From the IMG/VR virus record IMGVR_UViG_3300037400_004242: DNA of 64,000 nucleotides; one strand, 5' to 3'. Below are positions 58,000 to 64,000 of the stretch, piece after piece; position 1 is the first letter of the stretch, and the number at the start of each line of letters is the position of its first letter. The notes beneath the pieces were generated by a model. The model had not been told where the DNA came from. It worked only from the letters and a program-made list of their open reading frames with translations, and did not search any database. The translations under genes and the position numbers were made by a program. Origin of the DNA: a virus. Lineage: Duplodnaviria > Caudoviricetes.

Positions 58000-59922
58000 T
58001 TGTTTAGAGATTTAGTACAAGCTAAATCTCTTTTTTATATAATAAAACAATATAAAGAATGGAGGTATATATTGTTGAAAGATTCATTTTACAAAATGGC
58101 AATCAAAAGGAATCAATCAAAAGAAGCAAATGAATTACGAAAATATGCAAAACGAGAAATTCCGAAAATATTGATTGAAAAAGATGGAGTATATGCAAGG
58201 GATGAATCTTATTTTAATAATCCATTATATCATCAAACAAAATGCATTGAATGTCATAAAACGTTTTTATATAAGTATAAAAATGGAAAAGAACCTCCAA
58301 AATTTTGTTCAACAAATTGTAGACATAAACATAATCGAAAAAAAGTAATAAAAAAATGTATAGTTTGCGGAAATGAATATATAACAGATAGTTGTGACGA
58401 AAAATATGCTCAATTTTGTTCTGAAAAATGTTATCAAGAAGGATTAAAGAAAGCAAAAATTAATAGAACACCAATTTTAACATGCGTTAATTGTGGTAAA
58501 GAATATCCTTTATATACGAATACGAGTGGATTTTATGATTCATATCAATGTGAATGTGAAATGGAAATAAAACGCAATCAAAAAATCCATACTTGTTATT
58601 ATTGTGGGAAAGAATATTATACTAGTTCTAAGAAATCTAAATTTTGTTCTTTTCGTTGTTCATCGAAGCAAATGCGAAAAGATGTTATGTGGAAAAATTT
58701 AAATGAACATAAAAAAGAATATGAAAAATTTGCGAAAAGAAAATTACCATTAAATAACGAAGATGATTTTGAATGGATAGAAAAAAATGGTATATATGGA
58801 AAATCAGAAGAAGACTTTGATTATTTAAGTTACAATCCAAATGCTTTAAAAACTTGTAAACAATGTGGAAGAAAATATATATCGTCGAATAATGAAGATG
58901 GATATTGCAGTAGAAAATGTTTTTATGAATCAAAAAAATCTTATACTATTAAAAAATGTTTAAATTGCGATAAAGAATATTCTATAAACATTACAGATGA
59001 ACCATATTCACAATTTTGTTCTGATGAATGCGAGCAAGATTATTATGAACATATAAAAGAAAAATGTAAAGTCTATGATAGATTGCATAAATGTACATGT
59101 ATAAATTGTGGAAAAGTGTTTTATGATATAACAAATACAAGTGTAGAGTTTTGTTCTTATCAATGTTCTATTGATTTTAATCATAAACAAAAATTAATAA
59201 CTAAAAAATGTAAACAATGTGGTAAAGAATTTCAAACATATAATAATAGCGATTTTTGTTCTACTAGTTGTTCTTCAAAATATCATATAAAACATGGAAA
59301 ACGACCGCCAAAACAACATCATGCTTGGAATAAAGGATTAACTTCCGAAAATTGCAAAATTATTAAACATAATACAAAAAAGCAATCTATTTCTATGAAA
59401 AAAGGGATTGCTTCAGGAAAAATTAAAATGTATTTTAAAGGGAAACATTTGACAGAAGAACATAAAAAACATTGTTCAATTGGAGTCGCAAAAGCAATTC
59501 GAGAAGGTAGAAAACCCGCATTACCAAGATATATTAGTGGATTTTTTAAAGATATAGGACATTATGTTCGCAGTGGATGGGAATATAACTTTGCAAAAAT
59601 ATTAATTTATTTAAATCGTAATTATGAATATGAACCAAGAACGTTTTTAATAGATGGTGGAGAACAAACATATACTCCTGATTTTTATGATAAAGACAGA
59701 AATTTGTATTATGAGGTAAAAGGTTGGTTTCCAAAAGATGAACAAGAAAAATTTAAAAAATTTCGTGAACAATATCCAGATATAAAAATTCATCTATTAA
59801 AAGCTAACAAATTTAAAAAAATCTATTTTTCTTTTAAAGATAAAATCAAGATGTTGCCACTTTTTAATGTCAAAACAACAAAAATCGGAATCTTAAAAAG
59901 AAAAGATTTACAAAGAATTTAA
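58000..59922 (+). CDS. zinc-ribbon-repeat PD-(D/E)XK homing endonuclease
   Basis: Many CxxCG...FCSxxC units in two duplicated blocks; VRSGWE, YTPDF, YEVKG; true start likely near 58072-58094. Confidence 0.7.
   Translation: MFRDLVQAKSLFYIIKQYKEWRYILLKDSFYKMAIKRNQSKEANELRKYAKREIPKILIEKDGVYARDESYFNNPLYHQTKCIECHKTFLYKYKNGKEPPKFCSTNCRHKHNRKKVIKKCIVCGNEYITDSCDEKYAQFCSEKCYQEGLKKAKINRTPILTCVNCGKEYPLYTNTSGFYDSYQCECEMEIKRNQKIHTCYYCGKEYYTSSKKSKFCSFRCSSKQMRKDVMWKNLNEHKKEYEKFAKRKLPLNNEDDFEWIEKNGIYGKSEEDFDYLSYNPNALKTCKQCGRKYISSNNEDGYCSRKCFYESKKSYTIKKCLNCDKEYSINITDEPYSQFCSDECEQDYYEHIKEKCKVYDRLHKCTCINCGKVFYDITNTSVEFCSYQCSIDFNHKQKLITKKCKQCGKEFQTYNNSDFCSTSCSSKYHIKHGKRPPKQHHAWNKGLTSENCKIIKHNTKKQSISMKKGIASGKIKMYFKGKHLTEEHKKHCSIGVAKAIREGRKPALPRYISGFFKDIGHYVRSGWEYNFAKILIYLNRNYEYEPRTFLIDGGEQTYTPDFYDKDRNLYYEVKGWFPKDEQEKFKKFREQYPDIKIHLLKANKFKKIYFSFKDKIKMLPLFNVKTTKIGILKRKDLQRI
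58006..58036 (+). terminator. rho-independent terminator
   Basis: agagatttag-tacaag-ctaaatctctttttt. Confidence 0.8.
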
Positions 59923-59978
59923 ATAAAAAGCAAAGGCATCTATTACCTTTGCTTTTGTTTTTAGAATGGAGCTTCTAT

Positions 59979-61328
59979 ATGATAGACATTTTAATATATT
60001 ATCCATATTTGGATGGGACAACAATTTCTTTAATAGATACCTATTATAATTTACGAAATCATCTATCATCTTGTAAGTTCATAAATCCCCTCCAAAACAA
60101 CTTTAAAGATAATCTACATAATAAATCTAATGAAAAAACTGATTACTTGATAAATCCCCATGATAACAATGTATCTAATCGAGATAACAATGTATGTTGT
60201 AACATTGTAGTAGATAGCAAAGACATCAAAACGAATGTAGAATATTTTCTTGCATTAAAAAGAAGTCTACCAAAGGATTTTCAATATACAGTTATTCCAC
60301 TAGAAAAACTATATGAGAAGAAATTTGATAAACTCATTATGTCATTTGGATTTTTTCGTTTTTTAGATACCTATCCACATAAAATAAAACAATTATATTT
60401 ATTAGATGCAGGAAGAATCATTCATGATTATTACGTAGAGCATGGAGAACACATAAAGTATGTGATACATGAATATTCAGAAGTTTACAATTTTCTATAT
60501 ATATTATCCTATGTACATTTTCATCAAACGAGCAATAAAAGATTATTACCGATTTCAAGAATAGAAAAAGAAAGAAATTTATATTTAAAAATTTTGCATC
60601 AAAAAATAAAGAAAGAAGACATTTTTGATATATTTTATCAATATAATTTTCATGAAATTTACGAAACCGTTTTTAAGGGGTCTAGTTTTCGTTCTAAGCA
60701 TGGTCTAGATGAAACAGGTATAGTTAGTCTTAAAGACATTGAAACGCTCTCAGAATCAATCCTAGGAGGGCAGGAAGGCATATCTGAATTAGAAAGTATG
60801 TATCAATATCTTTACAAGTTTATTTATATTCAACATAGAGGGGTAAAGAAAGAGAAATATTGTATATACGGAAATGAAGCGAACGAGAAACTAATACGTA
60901 AAGTAGAACGATATACAGAGTATAAAAGATACTATCATACATTTAGTAAAGAAAGATTTCAGAAACTAAAAGAACTAAATACAACATCAGAGGTAGTACA
61001 AGTAAAAGATAGGGAAAAGACGGGGAATATTAAATTTCAACATTTATTAGCAAAAGAATTAAAATATCATAGATGGAGGAAAGTAATAGAAGGAGTATAT
61101 GCAGAAAATATAGGAAAAATGATATTTGAATTTTCGGCATTAGGGAAAAGAGTATATTATAGCAGAGAAAATAAAACACAAGATGATGGGTTAACAGAAT
61201 ATTTAAAGTTATTTGGAATTGATGATAATATAGACCAAGAAATAAAAATAAGTGAAGAGGAATTATTTGACAAGTTAGGAATGAAAGATGATGATATATT
61301 ATTAATAGATTTATTAAAAGAAAGGTGA
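59979..61328 (+). CDS. putative GT-B-fold glycosyltransferase
   Basis: C-terminal ENIGKMIFEFSALGKRV matches the GT4-type E-x-x-G-x4-E-x4-G-x-x-V motif; N-terminal ILIYY..DG. Confidence 0.5.
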   Translation: MIDILIYYPYLDGTTISLIDTYYNLRNHLSSCKFINPLQNNFKDNLHNKSNEKTDYLINPHDNNVSNRDNNVCCNIVVDSKDIKTNVEYFLALKRSLPKDFQYTVIPLEKLYEKKFDKLIMSFGFFRFLDTYPHKIKQLYLLDAGRIIHDYYVEHGEHIKYVIHEYSEVYNFLYILSYVHFHQTSNKRLLPISRIEKERNLYLKILHQKIKKEDIFDIFYQYNFHEIYETVFKGSSFRSKHGLDETGIVSLKDIETLSESILGGQEGISELESMYQYLYKFIYIQHRGVKKEKYCIYGNEANEKLIRKVERYTEYKRYYHTFSKERFQKLKELNTTSEVVQVKDREKTGNIKFQHLLAKELKYHRWRKVIEGVYAENIGKMIFEFSALGKRVYYSRENKTQDDGLTEYLKLFGIDDNIDQEIKISEEELFDKLGMKDDDILLIDLLKER

Positions 61329-61339
61329 TTAACGAATGA

Positions 61340-61440
61340 GTCAGTCACCCGACCTCGGCAAAAAGGAAAATTCCCGTCTTTGACGGAGTTGGCAGAGATG
61401 CCCGTGGAATACCGCCCTCTTTTGGGGGCGGGGTGTTCCA
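61340..61440 (+). mobile_element. IS200/IS605-family end or omega-RNA-like remnant
   Basis: GC-rich island: gtcagtcaccc..., ccgtc/gacgg hairpin, tggaataccgccctc-tttt-gggggcggggtgttcca. Confidence 0.45.
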
Positions 61441-61486
61441 TGTACTTGTTAGTTGAAACGTGCTTTAGATGCACTTTTAAGTATAT

Positions 61487-62050
61487 TTGTCTATGTTTTT
61501 AGAAGGAGATTTTTCTGTGGAAATAAATGACAAAAATTTTATTAAAAGGAATATGAAAAAAAACGAAACTGATGAATGGCTAACACCAGAATCAGCAGTT
61601 AGCCCTTTAGTTGAACAACTAAGAAATAAATGCTTTAAAACGATTTGGTGTCCGTTTGATTTAGATGATTCTAACTATGTAAAAGTGCTAAAAGAAAATG
61701 GATTCACAGTTATAAATAGTCATTTAGAAAATGGTCAGGACTTTTTTAGTTATGAACCATCTATTCATTATGATGCAATTGTCAGCAATCCACCTTATAC
61801 ATTAAGAAACGAAGTATTAAAAAGAATTTTTGAATTAAATAAACCGTTTGCTTTGCTACTAAATTATAATGGACTTTTTGATAATCAAAAGCGTTTCAAC
61901 CTCTTTAAAGAAAATGGAATAGAGCTTTTTGTATTAAAAGGAAGAACAGGATTTATTAGACGGTCTAATGGTTTTTGTGCAAAACCTTTGTTTCAGTCAA
62001 TCTATCTTTGTCATAATATTTTTGATGAAAAGATTGTATATCAAGATTAA
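61487..62050 (+). CDS. N6-adenine DNA methyltransferase (short phage type)
   Basis: DEWLTP, IWCPFD, DFF, IVSNPPY; AAGGAG RBS suggests a GTG start at 61517. Confidence 0.75.
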   Translation: MSMFLEGDFSVEINDKNFIKRNMKKNETDEWLTPESAVSPLVEQLRNKCFKTIWCPFDLDDSNYVKVLKENGFTVINSHLENGQDFFSYEPSIHYDAIVSNPPYTLRNEVLKRIFELNKPFALLLNYNGLFDNQKRFNLFKENGIELFVLKGRTGFIRRSNGFCAKPLFQSIYLCHNIFDEKIVYQD

Positions 62051-62077
62051 TTTTGTCAAACGGTTAAAGTTTTGTTT

Positions 62078-62123
62078 AGCCCCACGGCTAAAGGCATGGG
62101 CTTTCGTGCCGCAGAGATAGTGA
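62078..62123 (+). mobile_element. IS200/IS605-family subterminal palindrome
   Basis: agccccacggctaaaggcatgggctttcgtgccgc resembles CCCACGGCTAAAGCCGTGGG-type ends. Confidence 0.5.
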
Positions 62124-62243
62124 AAATTCCATTGTAAAACGTTTAGCAAAAAATTTTATAAAATAAGAAAAAAAGACAAGTTATTTTTAAACTTGTCTTA
62201 TTTCTTTTATGTAAGTATATTTTAATAAAGAGGAAGTGGAAAT

Positions 62244-62699
62244 ATGGTAGATAACGTAAAAGTCATGAATCAAACGAAATTAGTTATGGATGCACTATTT
62301 CGATATATAGATGTTAATGATATAACATTTTTTGTATATCGAGTAAAAGATTTTCCTTTAATGAAAACAATAACGGAAAAAATCGTAGGAGATTTCAATA
62401 CATATTCAAATAGGAAAACATATTATGTAGGGTATCTAAAAGGATATAAACGAAACACAAAACTAATTATGTTTACATTATTATTAAATGACAGGAATGT
62501 TTGCGATATAACATATCAGTATGATAGAATCAATAATTTTGTAAAAAATAATTTAAAAGATACAGATATTTTTATGATTAAATTGAACACACAATATACA
62601 GATTATCATGAATTTGTTCGAGACTTTCAAAATAGTGTTCAAGCATATTTATCAGATAGATTTAAAAACAAATTAGAAAGGGAAGATTCTAATGAGTGA
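62244..62699 (+). CDS. hypothetical protein
   Basis: 151-aa ORF with GAGG RBS. Confidence 0.6.
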   Translation: MVDNVKVMNQTKLVMDALFRYIDVNDITFFVYRVKDFPLMKTITEKIVGDFNTYSNRKTYYVGYLKGYKRNTKLIMFTLLLNDRNVCDITYQYDRINNFVKNNLKDTDIFMIKLNTQYTDYHEFVRDFQNSVQAYLSDRFKNKLEREDSNE

Positions 62700-62856
62700 A
62701 GTATTAGTATTGCTTGTGATAGCATATTTAATGAATATCATTGTAAATTTTATGACAGATGCAATATGGTTTGTTATATTAACATGTATGTTTTTATGGT
62801 CAATTAATGGGGAATTTACGTTAAGATATTTTTTTGAATATTTAAGAAGTAGGTGA
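62692..62856 (+). CDS. small membrane protein (54 aa, missing from ORF track)
   Basis: MSEVLVLLVIAYLMNIIVNF...WFVILTCMFLW; overlaps the upstream stop. Confidence 0.55.
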   Translation: MSEVLVLLVIAYLMNIIVNFMTDAIWFVILTCMFLWSINGEFTLRYFFEYLRSR

Positions 62857-62862
62857 ATAGAC

Positions 62863-64000
62863 GTGGAATTTAATTCCGTAGAGCAAGTAAAGAAATATTT
62901 AAAAGAAAAAGATTTAGATTTTAATGATTTTAAATATGCAACAGATTTTTATTTTGATGAAGATGGAGCAGAATATAATCGTTTTTTTGAAGCTGTTTAT
63001 CCAATGGAATTTATTGATTTCGATAAGAATGAACAAATTTTAAAAGATATTGAAAAAAGCACAATAGATGATTTAGTAGATTATGAAATAAAGAGAAATA
63101 AAGATAAATTTCAAAATGAATATTCTGCATGGATACAAAATGAAGCGAATGTAAATGAAAAATTTACTTTTTCAGATGACTGTCTAAAAGAAATTGTAAA
63201 AGGTTATATTCATGATAGTGCATTTACCAATGGATTTAAGCAAGAAAAGAAAAAATATTATGATTATTTTGAAGCTGAAATTGGAAATGATGACTATAAA
63301 TATGTAGATGAAGAAAAAACAGATAAAACATATCAAAGTGCATCTGCATTGGATGAAGCAGATGATTCTATTGGAGATACCCATAAAATAGATTTTGGAT
63401 TTGATGTACAAGATAGAGATTATGCTTTCATTTATTTAGATGGAGATATAATTAAAGGAAAATTAAATCAAACACATGCGCAGATTTTAAAAGATTATTT
63501 AAAAAACAATGATAAAGAAGATTTAATTCCTGAAGACTTAAAAGATGGTGGAGATGTAGGAGATAGTAGACCGAGCATGAAACGTATGCAACGATTAACA
63601 GGGGAAGAAAATGTTGCATTTGGTAATGTTATTGGGAAAGTTGCTTTTATTGAAGTCGTAAATGGAATAGATGAAAATGAAGTAGCAAAAGAATGTATGA
63701 ATCAGTTGAATATTGATAAAGTATATTTTGCAAGTCATGCGAACAAAATGGTAAAACGTTTGGCAAAATGGGCAGTTGCAAGTAATATAAAATTTTCAAA
63801 TATAAATGATTTAAAAGATTACTTGGGTGCTGATTATAAAACATTCTTGAACGCACCTGCATGTATTCATAAAGACGGAATTATACAAGTTTTTGATATG
63901 TTATTCCCGACATCGAAGCGTAATAAAGATAGAAGTTTGAATGATAATGCATATCAAGGTGTAAATGAATTTGAACAAGGGCAATATATTCAAGGCATTT
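62863..64000 (+). CDS. 3'-truncated hypothetical protein, paralogous to 6768..8243
   Basis: AGGTG RBS and GTG start; frame open to the window end; RDYAFIYLDG...THAQIL...VAFGNV...VAF...KVY...VKRLA. Confidence 0.75.
   Translation, partial: MEFNSVEQVKKYLKEKDLDFNDFKYATDFYFDEDGAEYNRFFEAVYPMEFIDFDKNEQILKDIEKSTIDDLVDYEIKRNKDKFQNEYSAWIQNEANVNEKFTFSDDCLKEIVKGYIHDSAFTNGFKQEKKKYYDYFEAEIGNDDYKYVDEEKTDKTYQSASALDEADDSIGDTHKIDFGFDVQDRDYAFIYLDGDIIKGKLNQTHAQILKDYLKNNDKEDLIPEDLKDGGDVGDSRPSMKRMQRLTGEENVAFGNVIGKVAFIEVVNGIDENEVAKECMNQLNIDKVYFASHANKMVKRLAKWAVASNIKFSNINDLKDYLGADYKTFLNAPACIHKDGIIQVFDMLFPTSKRNKDRSLNDNAYQGVNEFEQGQYIQGI

Noticed and set aside
60060-60200. Short tandem duplications (gataacaatgtat twice, ataaatcccc twice) inside the GT-B-like gene
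   Set aside because: A low-complexity in-frame insert with only two copies of each; no evidence of function
61340-61440. GC-rich structured segment considered as a tRNA or riboswitch
   Set aside because: No cloverleaf, T-loop or recognisable aptamer consensus; it fits an IS200/IS605-like end better
214-63862. All minus-strand ORFs in the track and the short alternative-frame + ORFs (e.g. 14294, 33611, 45887, 46124, 46446, 47025)
   Set aside because: They lie inside or opposite well-supported + strand genes, lack RBSs and have shadow-ORF composition
1-64000. Stop-codon reassignment, as found in some large gut phages
   Set aside because: Genes are full length and densely packed under code 11; the breaks seen are frameshifts, not in-frame stops

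Overview
This 64-kb window comes from a large, very AT-rich tailed phage (probably a jumbo or large myovirus). The host is likely a Firmicute, judged from AGGAGG ribosome-binding sites and TTGACA/TATAAT promoters. All credible genes are on the + strand. The window covers the packaging and head module: PAAR spike tip, a terminase large subunit with three inteins (two only 3 residues apart inside Walker A), an M16 peptidase, a sigma factor, a block of probable internal head proteins, fibres, portal, prohead protease, a scaffold-like protein, a capsid-associated protein, the major capsid protein and a neck protein. Inserted into this late region is an amino-sugar and glycosylation toolkit: a DXS-like ThDP enzyme with an altered acceptor site, a radical SAM enzyme, a GT2, three DegT aminotransferases, three kinase-fold paralogs, a UDP-HexNAc dehydrogenase and a GT-B-like protein. 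The window also has IbrA/IbrB, a degenerate FolD, guanylate kinase, an N6-adenine methyltransferase between IS200/IS605-like ends and about seven free-standing homing endonucleases. The strongest candidates for novel biology are (1) a late-expressed glycan or amino-sugar system, probably modifying the virion; (2) a shared KRL[IV]/K-x-A leader and cleavage code on putative internal head proteins; and (3) two structured small RNAs with consensus promoters, one carrying anti-Shine-Dalgarno tracts. All family calls come from motif recognition by eye; no database searches were run. No tRNA, rRNA, CRISPR array or reverse transcriptase was seen.
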